NCBI GenBank assembly: GCA_963774265.1
Contig: CAVZDU010000008.1
Span: forward strand, 224,001-288,000
Direction: 5' to 3'
Length of the DNA: 64,000 bases
From: an uncultured Chloroflexia bacterium
GTDB lineage: Bacteria > Chloroflexota > Anaerolineae > CG2-30-64-16
Notes under the pieces: generated by a model
What the model saw: only the letters and a program-made list of their open reading frames with translations
Database searches by the model: none
What the model was told of the DNA's origin: nothing
Made by a program: the position numbers and the translations under genes
Shown here: one piece after another, positions 49,398 through 61,136 of the stretch
Layout of the letters: each line of letters opens with the position of its first letter
Numbering within the stretch: the stretch's first letter is position 1

Positions 49398-49438
49398 CTG
49401 GAGGATCACCGGATTCGTGCTTCGCGCGTGGACCGCGC

Positions 49439-51637
49439 TCAGTAGATGTCGTGCACCGTGTTGTACACGTTGAACTTCCCGGTCGGCGTCACCAGGTTCG
49501 GCACCCGGGCCACCTCCTCCAGCGTCTTGTCATCGTAGATCACGATCTCCCCGACCTCTCCCGGCACGTCCGCGCGGCCCCAGACGCTGACCCACACCTG
49601 GGTGCCTTCCTTGTTGTACTCGAAGTGCACCGCACGGCCGTAATCCGCGATCTCCCAGCACTTCGCAGTTTTCGTCGGATCGGCCTTGGCGATCACGCAG
49701 ACCGTGCGCTGGATCTTCTCGTCCGGATTCAAGCCGAAGTCCACCCAGATCCACGAGCTGTTCGGGTGCGACTTGACGAACAGGCTGCCACCGCCAGGGA
49801 GCGGGATATTGCGCACCACCTTCCAGGCCTGGTTAGGATGCCCCACCGGGTCCGTGCCGATCGCGACCAGGGACCCCTCGCCCAGGTGCGAGGTGCTCCA
49901 CACCGGGCCGAACTCGGGATCGATCCAGTTGGCGCCACGGCCTGGATGCGGGATTTTAGATGTCTCCACAATCGCCGCCAGTCTTGCCCTCAAGCGCATC
50001 CACGACGGCGATCTTGTTGGCGTTGTTGGCAGCCACCAGGAAGTAGCGCCTTGTCGAGTCCCAACCACCGTCATGCAGGAAGCGCTCTGCTTCGAGCATC
50101 TTGATCGTGGGCGCGTTCGGGTCGGTGTAGTTCACCAGCCAGACCTGCCCCGTCTCCTTTATGTTGACGATCCACTCCGGCTTGAAGTGCGAGGCGACGA
50201 TGGCCGCCACCCGCGGCTCCGGATGGTACTCTTCGGTGTCATAGGTGTAGCTGCGCGTGCTGACGATCTTGAACGGCTCGAGCGTCAGGCCATCCAGGAT
50301 GACGAAATGCGGCGGCCAGTAGCAGCCCACGATCGCATACTTATCGGAGAAGTCTCCCTCGGGACCGTTGTACTTGCTGCCCTCTATCGAGCGCGCGTCG
50401 TAGCACAGCTTGACCTCGGCGACCACGTCCGGCTTCTCCATCCACAGGTCGATCAGTGACGCCTTGCCGTCACGGCCGATAACGTAGACGTAGCGGCCGG
50501 TCGCGGACATGCGGGAGATGTGGACTGCGTAGCCGGTGTTGACGGTGTTGACGACCTCGAAGGTGTCGCCGTCGATGATCGCCACCTGGCCGGCGTCGCG
50601 CAGCGTGACCGCAAAGAAGTCCTGCCAATCGCGGTTGTGCTGCGGCGCTGTGGGCCGTTTCTCCGGCGGCACGAGCACCTTCCAGGTCTCCTTCATCTGC
50701 GGCCAGCGACATCTCCGGCGGCAGCCGGCGGCTCGTTCTGGAGGAACTTCGCCATCATCTCGGCCTGGGCCTGGGTCAGCACCCCCTGCTTGCCCCAGTC
50801 GGGCATCCCACGCGGGGTGCCGTTGAAGATGATCGCGGCAAGCGCGGCCGTGCCTTTCGGCGTCGTCTTGTCCGGCGTCAGAGCCGGGCCTGTCGCGCCA
50901 TTGCGCAGCGTGCCATGGCAGCCCGCACAGCGGTCGAAGAAGACTTGTTTCGCGCTGGCGAACTCTTCCTCGGTAAGGTTAGGTGCGGCTGCCGCAGGCG
51001 CGGCCACACCTTGTGGCGATGTTGCAGGCAATGCCTCGACCTTGCCTGGCAGACCGGCCAGGTATTCCACGACCGCAGCCAGCTCCTGATCGGTCAACAA
51101 CTGCGCCAGGGATGCAGGCATCAGCCCTTTCTGGCAGGTTCCACCCGGGCACTCTTTGGAAATGTACGCGTCCGGGTTCGACGATCGCTTCGTGAATGTA
51201 GTCGGCCACGTTGTCGGCCGAGCCCTTATAGAACATGTTCGATAGGGTCGTCTGGGCTGTCTCGCCCATTTTCGATAGATCGGGGCCGATGGTCCCTGTG
51301 GCATTTGCCACGCCCGGGATGACGTGGCACGCACCGCAGCCGCCCTTCTGGAATGCTGTGGCCAGGACCTGAGGCCCGGACGGCTGGGACACCGCCTGTG
51401 CGGCGGGTAGGGCAGCCTGAGCGGAAGTCGCTGGAGCAATCCGTCCCGGCTTGGTCTCAATGGACGTGGCCAAGTCGCGCGCCTGCCAGCGATTGTTGAC
51501 GCGGCCCTACTCACGCTTACAGGCTGTGGCGCAGGCTCGACCTTCGTCGGTGAAGTCGGCGCGAAGGCGGACGTACACGCGGTGAGCAGCAGGATCGCTG
51601 CGAGCGCCAGAACAACGAGGAGCGCACGGTTTCTCAT
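49439..51637 (-). CDS. nirS: Cytochrome cd1 nitrite reductase, lipoprotein with an extra N-terminal cytochrome c domain; several frameshifts
   Basis: LTAC lipobox; CGACH; [17 protein letters not shown]; [31 protein letters not shown] and TPTGKFNV. Confidence 0.92.
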
Positions 51638-51882
51638 ATGGGTTGCCTCTCTCCAAGAATACACCGATGTGCTGACGAAGCGTACGAAGTTGCAGCGCAC
51701 GCTCGGCCAAACCGAGACTATGAGCTACGCGAGGATTATACAAGAAATTCGCGTACCACGCAGCGACAAACATCACCCCGGAAGAATCGCTTTGCTGGCG
51801 AAACCGTCTCTCTCCGCGGGCTTGTCGCACCGCGACGGGTATGCTACACTCAACGCAACAGAAGACAAGGGGGTCATCTATC

Positions 51883-53088
51883 GTGAACACGCAGGACTAC
51901 ATCGCGCTGGAAAGCCGTTACGGCGCGACCAACTACAAGCCGCTCGATGTCGTGCTGACCCGCGGCCAGGGCATCTGGGTGTGGGACGTGGACGGCAACC
52001 GCTACATGGACTGCCTCTCGGCCTATTCCGCGGTCAACCAGGGCCACTGCCATCCCAAGATCGCCGCGGTGATGAAGGAGCAGGCCGACAAGCTCACCCT
52101 CACCTCGCGCGCCTTCCGCAACGACCAGCTGGGGCTTTTCTACCAGGAGCTGTGCGAGCTGACCCACTCGCACATGGCGCTGCCCATGAACAGCGGCGCC
52201 GAGGCGGTCGAGTCGTGCATCAAGGCCGTGCGCAAGTGGGGCTACAAGGTCAAGGGCATGCCCGACGGCCAGGCCGAGATCATCGTCTGCGCCAACAACT
52301 TCCACGGCCGCACCATCACCATCGTCGGCTTCAGCACCGAGGAGCAGTACCGCGACGGCTACGCGCCCGTTCACGCCCGGCTTCAAGATCATCCCCTTCG
52401 GCGATGCGCAGGCGCTGGAGGAGGCCATCACCCCCAACACGGTCGCCTTCCTGGTCGAGCCGATCCAGGGCGAGGCCGGCATCATCGTGCCGCCCGCCGG
52501 CTATCTCGCGCGAGGTGCGCCGCATCTGCACCGACCACGGCATCGCCCTCATCACCGACGAGATCCAGACCGGCCTGGGCCGCACCGGCAAGCTGCTGGC
52601 CGAGGAGCACGACGGCGTCGAGGCCGACCTGACCATGATCGGCAAGGCGCTGTCGGGCGGCTTCTACCCCGTCTCGGCGGTGCTCTCGAACAAGGAGGTG
52701 CTGGGCGTCTTCCAGCCCGGCGACCACGGCAGCACCTTCGGCGGCAACCCGCTGGCCTGCGCGGTGGCGCGCATGGCGCTGAAGGTGCTGGTCGAGGAAG
52801 GCATGATCGAGAACGCGGCGACGCATGGGCGACTACCTGATGGGCCAGCCTGCGACGATCAAGAGCCCGCACATCAAGGAAGTGCGCGGCAAGGGCCTGC
52901 TCGTCGGCGTCGAGCTGCATCCCGGAGGCCGGCGGCGCGCGGCGCTTCTGCGAGGCGCTGATGGCGCAGCGGCCTGCTGTGCAAGGAGACGCACCAGCAC
53001 GTCATCCGCTTCGCCCCGCCGCTGGTCATCACAAAAGGATGAGGTCGACTGGGCGCTGGAGCACATCGAGGCGGCGCTGACGGACTGA
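51883..53088 (+). CDS. rocD: Ornithine--oxo-acid aminotransferase, frameshifted
   Basis: [46 protein letters not shown] and [11 protein letters not shown] motifs. Confidence 0.92.
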
Positions 53089-53159
53089 ATCAGAAGCACC
53101 GATAGACGATTCCAGAGACGACAGCGCCACCCTGGCGCGCATCCAGGTGGACAGTTACT

Positions 53160-54885
53160 TTATGCCCGGCGCCAAGGCTCAAAGTGCTCCAGATTGCTCC
53201 CGCCAATGAACTCACGCAGGATCGAGTTGTCGGGCACCAGGTCCGCCGGCGCGGGCTCAAACCACTGGAGGAACGCAAGCAGCCGGTGTGCCTCCACATA
53301 ACCGGGCCTGCCCGGCTCCACCTGGAGTAGCAACGGCTCCGCGAATGCCTTCAACACGGATAGCTCGTACACCAGAGCCGAATTGAACATCGCGTCCGCG
53401 TTCTCCTGATAGGGGAAGATGTGCCGGCGCTCGCCGCGGTGCACGCTCTCCCACCGGCCGATGGTGTCCGCCGCCGAGTATCCACGCGTGCGAGCATCGC
53501 GCACGATCCTGCGGATCAATCGATTGTCGGTGGTGGAAACTCGGTTATGGCGGTCGATGTTTAGCTGGGTCAAAGCCGAGATATAGATGCGAAAGACGCT
53601 TTCGCGCAGCGCGTCGGGTGCGAGCCGCGGATTCAGCCCGTGAATTCCCTCGATCAATAGAATCTCGTCCGTGCCAAGTTGGGCCACCGCGCCCGTTTCG
53701 CGTTTTCCCGTCCGAAAATTGAACAGCGGCAACTGTACTTCTTCGCCTCGCATGAGCCGCGTCAGGTGATCGTTGAACAGCGGGAGGTCCAGCGCCTCCA
53801 GGCCTTCAAAATCGAAGTTGCCCTCCTCGTCCTTCGGCGTCAGCTCCCGGTCTATGAAGTAGTTGTCCATCTCCACGGCGATCGGCCGGATGCCATTGGC
53901 AAGCAACTGCACGGCCAGTCGCTTTGAGAACGTCGTCTTGCCGGAAGAGGATGGCCCCGCAATCAGCACAAGCTTCACCCGGTCCCGCGCTTCGGCGATC
54001 TGCGTTGCCAGGCGTGCGATGCCGTGTTCGTGCCGAGCCTCAGCCACCAGCATAATCTCGTTCGTGCGGCCGGCGGTGACGGCCGCGTTGAGCGAGCCGA
54101 CATCCTCCAATCCCAATAGGCGCAGGGTGTTCCCGTACTCGCGAAACACACCGACCAATTTCGGATACTCAACCACCGGATCGAGCTCCATGCTCTGGCG
54201 GAGTGGAAAACGGAGGAGAAACCCGGGTTCGTAATATTGCAAGGCAAAGGATGAGATGTAACCGGCCGAAGGAACCATATACCCGTGGAAATAGTCCCGA
54301 TAACCGCACAACTTATACAGCACCAGGTAATCCTTCTGGCGGTGCTGGAGCAGGCGGACCTTATCATCCTCGCCGCGCTGGCGGAAGAACTCGATGGCCT
54401 CAGCCAGCGGCACGCGCTCTTTGCCGATGGGCGCGTCGGATGCGACGATCTCGCGCATGCGTGCCTCGATGTGCGCCAGTTCCTCAGATGTAAACTGCGG
54501 TCGGCCCTCAACCTGGCAGTAGTAACCGCCGAAAGTCACCGCATGATCGACATTCACGATCGTCTCAGGAAACAGCTCGTGCGCTGCTACGACCAGCAGG
54601 AAAGTCAACGAACGCCTGTAGATGCGGCTGCCATCGCGATCATCCGTCCCCAGGGCCATCACCTCGACGTCCCGGTCGATGTGGTAGGTAAGTTCGCGCA
54701 GCTCGTTGTCGATCAGCGCGGCAACAATCGGAAATGGCCATGGCGCTCTGCGCGCCAGCCGCGTCGACGAAATGGCGTAGCTCGGTCTTGAGCGGCGCCT
54801 CAAAAATGCGACGATCGCTGAACTTGACCTGAGCAGTCTTGCGCGGCCGAGCACGGGCGACTCTGGCAGATTTGATGGCAGTCAT
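53160..54885 (-). CDS. Nucleoside (uridine) kinase with N-terminal ThrRS-like domain; frameshift near 54740
   Basis: IYRRSLTFLL, AGPSSSGKTT, IEGIHGLNP, RRIVRD and SILREFIGGS motifs. Confidence 0.88.
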
Positions 54886-54982
54886 GGCATTCTCATATGG
54901 GGGTGGTGTGCCCCGCTCAATGTTTGGCGCACTCGATCGCGTTGTGCGAGGCGCATGGGTCCTGGACGATTGTACCACACCA

Positions 54983-56821
54983 TCAGGCCTTGCTCTCCAA
55001 CTCCTCCCAGCGAGCATACATCGCGGCTAGCCTCTGCTCGATTTCCGAAAGACGCGCCGTCGCACGCACCACCTCGTTGCCGCCTCCCTGGTACGTGTTG
55101 GCGTCGGCCATCGCCGCGTAGAGTGCTTCCTGCTCCGCCTCCAACGCCTCCAGGAGTGCGGGCAGTGCGTCGAGTTCCTGCCTCTCTTTGTAGGACAGCT
55201 TTGCTGGCCGCAGGCCGGGAGCCTCGCGTGGGCGAGATGTGGTTAGTGTGGGAGTCTTTTGTGTGGGTGCGGCCGACTGTGCCGGCCGCTGGCGCACCCA
55301 ATCATCGTACCCTCCCGCGTACTCTCCCACCGCGCCGCCCGGTTCCATCGCCAAGGTCCCATCGACCACGTTGTTCAGCAACTCCCTGTCGTGGCTCACC
55401 AGCAGCAACGTCCCCTCGAACGCAAGCAGCAAGTCCTCAAGGAGCTCCAAGGTTTCCAGGTCGAGATCATTCGTCGGTTCATCCAGCACAAGCACGTTGG
55501 CCGGCCTGGCAAACAGCCGCGCGAGCAGGAGCCGATTACGCTCTCCGCCAGAAAGGGTGCTCACGTACGCGCGAATGCGCTCTAAAGGAAAGAGGAATTC
55601 CTGCAAATAGCCGATTACGTGCCGTCGATAGCCGTTGATCGTCACAAAATCCCTGCCGTCCGCGATGTTGTCGAAGACGGTCGCATCCTCGTCCAACTGG
55701 GCGCGCAACTGATCGAAGTAGGCCAGCTCGACATTGGCGCCATGCCGGATGGTCCCGCGCATGGGTGTAGTCTCCCCGATCAGCAGGCGTAGAAGAGTCG
55801 TCTTGCCCGAACCGTTTGGCCCAATGATGCCCAGCTTATCGCCACGCACGATCGTGGTTGAGAAGTCGCGGACGATGGGGCGGCCATCGAAGGCGAAATC
55901 CACCCCCTTAGCCTCAATCACGAGTTTCCCTGAACGCTCCGCCTCCTGCACCTGCATCCGCAGACTACCCGGGTGCTCCCGCCGTTCGCGCCGCTGCCCG
56001 CGCATGCGCTCCAGGGCGCGTACCCGCCCCTCGTTACGGGTGCGCCGCGCCTCGATGCCCTGGCGAATCCAGGCTTCCTCCTGCGCGAGCTTCTTGTCGA
56101 ATTCGGCCTGCTGCGTGGTCTCCGCAGCCAGCACCGCCTGCTTGCGCGCGCTGAACGTGTCGTAGTTGCAGGCCCAGTCGATCAGGCGGCCGCGGTCCAC
56201 TTCAATGATCCGGGTGGCAAGCCGGCGAAGAAAGGTGCGGTCGTGGGTAACGAACACCAGGGTGCCGCTGTACCGCAGAAGGAAATCCTCCATCCAGGAG
56301 ATCGCGTCGAGGTCCAGGTGGTTGGTCGGCTCGTCCAGCAACACGATGTCGGGGTCGCGAACCAGGCCGCGCGCCAACATGACGCGTCGCTTGAGACCTG
56401 CCGAGAGCTGGGCGAATTGCGCATCGGGGTCAAGCTGCATACGGGAGACGATGGTGTCCATGAGGAGGCGATTTTTCCACGCCTCATCGGTCGAGCTCGC
56501 AAGCTCTCCGGAAGAGACCGGCGTGGCCCCGCCGATCAAGTTGGAGTGCAATCCAGCCGCAATAACCTCGTGGACCGAGCCGATGATTCCCTCGGGCACC
56601 TCTTGTGACAGGTAGGCGACTCGAACACCGCGTTCGCGGACGATGGCGCCGGACTCCGGCTCCAGTTCACCCACGATCAGTTTCAAGAGCGTCGATTTGC
56701 CTGCGCCGTTGCGCCCGAGTAGCCCTAATCGTTCGCCACGTTCAATCTGCAGGTCGATGTTCTCCAGGACCGGGTGGCCGCCAAATCCGAGGCTCACATC
56801 CTGCATGCTCAATAACGCCAT
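54983..56821 (-). CDS. uup: ABC-F ATPase Uup
   Basis: Two ABC domains (GRNGAGKST, GPNGSGKTT); EEAWIRQGIEARRTRNEGR; C-terminal KLSYKERQEL...YARWEELE. Confidence 0.92.
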   Translation of the reverse strand: MALLSMQDVSLGFGGHPVLENIDLQIERGERLGLLGRNGAGKSTLLKLIVGELEPESGAIVRERGVRVAYLSQEVPEGIIGSVHEVIAAGLHSNLIGGATPVSSGELASSTDEAWKNRLLMDTIVSRMQLDPDAQFAQLSAGLKRRVMLARGLVRDPDIVLLDEPTNHLDLDAISWMEDFLLRYSGTLVFVTHDRTFLRRLATRIIEVDRGRLIDWACNYDTFSARKQAVLAAETTQQAEFDKKLAQEEAWIRQGIEARRTRNEGRVRALERMRGQRRERREHPGSLRMQVQEAERSGKLVIEAKGVDFAFDGRPIVRDFSTTIVRGDKLGIIGPNGSGKTTLLRLLIGETTPMRGTIRHGANVELAYFDQLRAQLDEDATVFDNIADGRDFVTINGYRRHVIGYLQEFLFPLERIRAYVSTLSGGERNRLLLARLFARPANVLVLDEPTNDLDLETLELLEDLLLAFEGTLLLVSHDRELLNNVVDGTLAMEPGGAVGEYAGGYDDWVRQRPAQSAAPTQKTPTLTTSRPREAPGLRPAKLSYKERQELDALPALLEALEAEQEALYAAMADANTYQGGGNEVVRATARLSEIEQRLAAMYARWEELESKA

Positions 56822-56882
56822 GCAACCATCCCTTAGATAAGAGTCGCCAGCCATTATACTCCCCTTTCTGGCCGCGGACTGT

Positions 56883-56911
56883 TTGACAAATCACAGGCGC
56901 GCTGTTATAGT
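56883..56911 (+). promoter_or_regulatory. Sigma70 promoter of metXW
   Basis: TTGACA-N17-TATAGT with TG extension. Confidence 0.8.
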
Positions 56912-56942
56912 CTCGCTCACCAAACAACCGAATAAGCCCGCA

Positions 56943-57038
56943 CTTTCATCCAGAGAGGCAGAGGGACCGGCCCGATGAAGCCTCGGCAACCTGCAGTCAA
57001 GGTGCCAACTCCGGCAGAGAAGATCTGGAAGATGAGAG
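56943..57038 (+). ncRNA. SAM-I (S-box) riboswitch
   Basis: ttcatccagag-aggcagagggaccggcccgatgaagcctcggcaacc...aaggtgccaactcc...gatgagag matches the SAM-I consensus; lies upstream of metX. Confidence 0.95.
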
Positions 57039-57064
57039 GAAAGGTGCAACGATGCCGCCACCCT

Positions 57065-57108
57065 CCCCGGGCCAGCCTCAGACGAGGCCGCTTTCCCCGG
57101 GGTTTTTT
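57065..57108 (+). terminator. Riboswitch expression-platform terminator
   Basis: ccccggg...cccgggg stem followed by tttttt. Confidence 0.75.
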
Positions 57109-57191
57109 GTTGGCAGACGCGCCACCGCCCTCTCATTCCATAGTGAGAGGGCGGTTTGGTTAACGCCGTATTCTGCACGCGAGATCAAACG

Positions 57192-58301
57192 ATGGTACTA
57201 AATCAAGATACCCAGTGGTTCACGTTCGCCGAGGGGACGCCCTTCGCCCTGGAGTCGGGCGCGACGCTCAGCCCCGTGACACTCGCCTACGAGACATACG
57301 GGACACTGAACGCCGAGCGCTCCAACGCGATCCTGGTGTGCCACGCCCTGAGTGGAAGCGTGCACGCTGGCGGCCCAGGTGGCTGGTGGTCAGATTGCAT
57401 CGGCCCCGGGAAAGCGTTCGACACAGATCGTTTCTTCGTGATTTGCACCAATGTGCTCGGCTCCTGCTATGGCTCCAGCGGGCCCGCGAGCCCTGACCCG
57501 GCGACACGTGAACCATATGGCTTGCACTTTCCCCTGGTGACCATTGGCGACATGGTGCGAGCGCAGCGTGTACTGATCGACCACTTGGGCATAAGCGAGT
57601 TGCTATGTGTGGCGGGCGGATCGATGGGCGGAATGCAGGTGCTGGAGTGGGCCAGTCATTATCCGGAGCGCATCCGCGCCGCAATTCCCCTGGCGACGAC
57701 TGCGCGTTCCAGCCCCATGCTGATCGCGTTCAACGAGGTCGGCCGGCAGGCCATCTACGCGGACCCCCACTGGCAGGGCGGCAGCTACTACGCGAACGGC
57801 AATCGGCCGGACGCGGGACTGGCCATCGCGCGCATGATCGGCCACATCACCTACTTGAGCGACCAGTCTATGCACGCCAAGTTCGGCCGCCGGCTACAGG
57901 ATCGCGAGAAGTTCGGCTACGAATTCAAAGCGGAGTTCGAGGTCGAAAGCTATCTGAAGTACAAGGGGCTCAGCTTCACCCAGCGCTTCGACGCAAACAG
58001 CTACCTGTACGTAACGAAAGCGCTCGACTACTTCGACCTCAGCGCGCCAGCAGGGCTGTCAGCAGCCTTCGCACACTCGGAACAAATCAAGTTTCTGGTC
58101 GTGAGCTTTACCAGTGACTGGCTTTACCCGTCCTATCACAGCAAAGAACTGGTCACGGCACTGACGGCCGCCGGGGCGGATGTCACATACCTCGATATCG
58201 AGAGCAGTTGGGGCCACGATGCATTTCTGCTGGAGGTCGATACCATGACGCGGCTGCTGGGCAGTTTCGTCAACCGGGTGGCGCGTGAGGCAGGGCTGTG
58301 A
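57192..58301 (+). CDS. metX: Homoserine O-acetyltransferase
   Basis: [28 protein letters not shown] and GHDAFL motifs. Confidence 0.95.
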   Translation: MVLNQDTQWFTFAEGTPFALESGATLSPVTLAYETYGTLNAERSNAILVCHALSGSVHAGGPGGWWSDCIGPGKAFDTDRFFVICTNVLGSCYGSSGPASPDPATREPYGLHFPLVTIGDMVRAQRVLIDHLGISELLCVAGGSMGGMQVLEWASHYPERIRAAIPLATTARSSPMLIAFNEVGRQAIYADPHWQGGSYYANGNRPDAGLAIARMIGHITYLSDQSMHAKFGRRLQDREKFGYEFKAEFEVESYLKYKGLSFTQRFDANSYLYVTKALDYFDLSAPAGLSAAFAHSEQIKFLVVSFTSDWLYPSYHSKELVTALTAAGADVTYLDIESSWGHDAFLLEVDTMTRLLGSFVNRVAREAGL

Positions 58302-58897
58302 ATCAGTCATTGCGGCCCGATCTGCGCATCATCGCCGACTTCATCTCCGCAGGCGCGCGAGTATTGGATTTGGGATGTGGCGACGGCGCGCTGCTCGAGC
58401 ATCTGGTACAGGTTAAGGGCGTCATTGGCCGCGGCATCGAGTTAAGCGAGGCTGGGGTCCTGGCGTGCGTGCGACGCGGGCTGAGCGTGCGGCAGGGTGA
58501 CCTGCAGGAGGGGTTGGTGGACTACCCCGCCGCCAGCTTCGATTATGTTGTGTTGAGCCAGACCCTGCCCTTCCTTGACGACCCGGAAATGATTCTGACG
58601 GAGATGCTGCGGGTCGGTCGGGCCGCGGTCGTAAGTTTCCCAAACTGGGGATACTGGCGATGCCGAGTCGAGCTATTGCTGACGGGGAGGATGCCGAATG
58701 CACCTGACCTGGCGCAGGCATGGCACGAGAAACCACGGTGGCAGGCCCTCACCATCACTGACTTCGCCGTCTTCTGCCGTGAAAACGGAATCGCCATCAC
58801 CCGCCACGCCTACCTTGCCAACGGCCGACCCATGAATATCCACAAGATAACGAATCTGATGTCGACGACAGGTGTATTCTTGTTGCAACGTGCCTGA
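58298..58897 (+). CDS. metW: Methionine biosynthesis protein MetW
   Basis: LRPDL, VLDLGCGDG, LSQTL and VSFPN motifs; GTGA overlap with metX. Confidence 0.92.
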   Translation: MNQSLRPDLRIIADFISAGARVLDLGCGDGALLEHLVQVKGVIGRGIELSEAGVLACVRRGLSVRQGDLQEGLVDYPAASFDYVVLSQTLPFLDDPEMILTEMLRVGRAAVVSFPNWGYWRCRVELLLTGRMPNAPDLAQAWHEKPRWQALTITDFAVFCRENGIAITRHAYLANGRPMNIHKITNLMSTTGVFLLQRA

Positions 58898-58941
58898 CTC
58901 GTACTCAGGTCTACATTCCCATAACCTGAGCGGTACTCCCT

Positions 58942-60213
58942 CTACATACCTTTACCCACCCCCAGGCGAGCGAGCAGCCCCGCGCCGGCAAATCGTAACA
59001 CGGTTGCGACGATGAGCGCCGGGACCAGGCCAAAACCATCCGCGAGCGCGGTGCCGAGCAGAGGTGCCGTGAAGGTGGCGATGTAAACGGTTGTCTGATA
59101 GATGCCAACAAAGGCAGCCTGATTTTCGGTCGGGCAAGTGGCCAGAACGATGTCAAAGAAAACCAGGTCGACGCCGGCGACAAAAAAGCCAGCCAGTCCT
59201 GCCCACAAGATCAATAAGTTGGGCGCGGTTGTCAGAGCCGTGAGAAGTGGATAGAAGCTGACGCCGAACGCGGTGATCAATAGAACGAGGCGCTCGCCGC
59301 GCCGCGCCGAGATTCTCGTCCACACAAAATAGGCGATCATCAAGACGAATGTGTTCGTCGAATTGATCACACTGATCTGCGAATCGGTCGCCCCGACTGC
59401 GCGCACCCAGTAAAGCGGAAACAGTGGGAGTGCCATCGCAAGCCCGCCACGGAAGACAACCTGGGCTACCGTGAAGTTGAGGAACGGTTTATTGTGTCTC
59501 AGCGAACCGCCGTGTTCGCGCAGCGTCTGGATCATGCTCCGTTGCTGCTGGGGCACGTTCTGCGGCGGCAGCTTCAAACTGGACGAAAAGACGATGCTGA
59601 TGAACGCGCCGATCGCAGAACCGATGAAGATGACCTGGTAGTTGAGAGGAAAATCGAACCGATTCAGCATTTGGCCGACAAGGACCACGGTAAGCGAGTT
59701 CGTCAGGCCGAGGATAGACCAGCGTCGGCTCATCAAGGTGAATCGTCCTCTGGGACCTGCAACCCCGCCCATGACTACCGTAAAGGCAACGCTGACGAGG
59801 GTCTGTGGCAAGGTGGCAAGGGCCCAGATCATGATAATGAGCTCGGGCTCGCGAGTTTGTGTAACGAAGGGCACCAGGCCGGTGAGCACATAACACAGCA
59901 GGACGAGAAAGCGAGAACGGGCGAACCACGGTATGATATTCGGTCGCCGGGAGAGAAACTCGCCCACAGGGATTGCCAATAGCATGCCCGTGAGCGCAGG
60001 CATGGCGGTGAGGAGACCAACCAGGAAGCTGGAAGCGCCGAGACGAACCAGAAAGACGGACAAAAAGCTGCCGACGCCGGCAGTGATACCGACGCCGATG
60101 CCGTCGATCAGGACATTGCGCTGATTAAGCTGCTCGCGATTGGAGGGCCGGAAAAGCACCGCCCACAAGGGCGTTTCATTGTGGTTAGCCGCAATCGGGC
60201 CCATCTGAGACAT
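58942..60213 (-). CDS. MFS transporter
   Basis: About 12 TM helices in a 423-aa protein. Confidence 0.85.
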   Translation of the reverse strand: MSQMGPIAANHNETPLWAVLFRPSNREQLNQRNVLIDGIGVGITAGVGSFLSVFLVRLGASSFLVGLLTAMPALTGMLLAIPVGEFLSRRPNIIPWFARSRFLVLLCYVLTGLVPFVTQTREPELIIMIWALATLPQTLVSVAFTVVMGGVAGPRGRFTLMSRRWSILGLTNSLTVVLVGQMLNRFDFPLNYQVIFIGSAIGAFISIVFSSSLKLPPQNVPQQQRSMIQTLREHGGSLRHNKPFLNFTVAQVVFRGGLAMALPLFPLYWVRAVGATDSQISVINSTNTFVLMIAYFVWTRISARRGERLVLLITAFGVSFYPLLTALTTAPNLLILWAGLAGFFVAGVDLVFFDIVLATCPTENQAAFVGIYQTTVYIATFTAPLLGTALADGFGLVPALIVATVLRFAGAGLLARLGVGKGM

Positions 60214-60260
60214 AGGACAATATTATCAAAAAGGGCCGCGTCTGCCAAGGAGAACATGAC

Positions 60261-61133
60261 TCAATTATGGGCAGATGTCGCAGCAGCAACATACCAGTCG
60301 ATCAAGCGGCGCGCGATGGTCGACGGCGGCGGAATGTTGGGCAGCTGATCGACCGAAAACCACCGGGCATCGGCAATCTCTGACTCTTCCGGGCTGATCT
60401 CGCCGGCCACGTATTCAGCGGTGAAGCCAATCATCAGCGAGTTGGGGAAAGGCCACGGCTGGCTGCCGAAATAGCGTATGTTCCGCAGGTCGATCCCCAC
60501 TTCCTCGCACACTTCACGCCTCGCGCACTCTTCCAAGGATTCGCCAGGTTCGACGTAGCCTGCCAAGACGCTGTAGCGTCCCGTCGGAAAACGGTGGTTG
60601 CGCGCCAGCAGGATGTGCAACTTACCCTTAATATGCCGGGTGACCGCGATGATGATCGCCGGCGAAAGGCGCGGGTATGAGATCAGACCACATTGCGGGC
60701 AACGTCTGGCGCGCTCGTGCGTCTGGTCGATCATCCTTCCACCGCATTGTCCACAGAACTGATGGGTGCGGCTGAAGGCCACCAACTGCACCGCGCGGCC
60801 TGCGACGTTCATAAGCTGTTCATTCAGAAGCGGGTAGAGGCCGCGCAATCCCTCGACCGTCATTCCGTCGGGCAAGGTCGCACTGGCATCGACCTCGGCA
60901 GCGTAGCAGTCAGTCTGCTCGCCACTTTCCTCAAGACGGCCCAAGTACACTGTCCGCAGGGAAACCAATCCGAGCTCAGCAGGGCCGGAAATAACGGGGA
61001 CGAACGCACGGTCACCCGCCTGGCGAACAAGCAGTTTTTCGTCTTGAAAGATAAACCAGTAAGCCGGCCGGTCGCCAGCGAAGCCTTCTGCATCTCGGCT
61101 GGCGGGCGAGAGACTCGAGAGAAACTGCATCAT
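60261..61133 (-). CDS. nudC: NAD(H) pyrophosphatase / NAD-cap decapping enzyme
   Basis: FCGQCG..CPQC zinc ribbon, Nudix box GESLEECARREVCEEVG and SQPWPFPNSLM. Confidence 0.95.
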   Translation of the reverse strand: MMQFLSSLSPASRDAEGFAGDRPAYWFIFQDEKLLVRQAGDRAFVPVISGPAELGLVSLRTVYLGRLEESGEQTDCYAAEVDASATLPDGMTVEGLRGLYPLLNEQLMNVAGRAVQLVAFSRTHQFCGQCGGRMIDQTHERARRCPQCGLISYPRLSPAIIIAVTRHIKGKLHILLARNHRFPTGRYSVLAGYVEPGESLEECARREVCEEVGIDLRNIRYFGSQPWPFPNSLMIGFTAEYVAGEISPEESEIADARWFSVDQLPNIPPPSTIARRLIDWYVAAATSAHN

Positions 61134-61136
61134 AGA

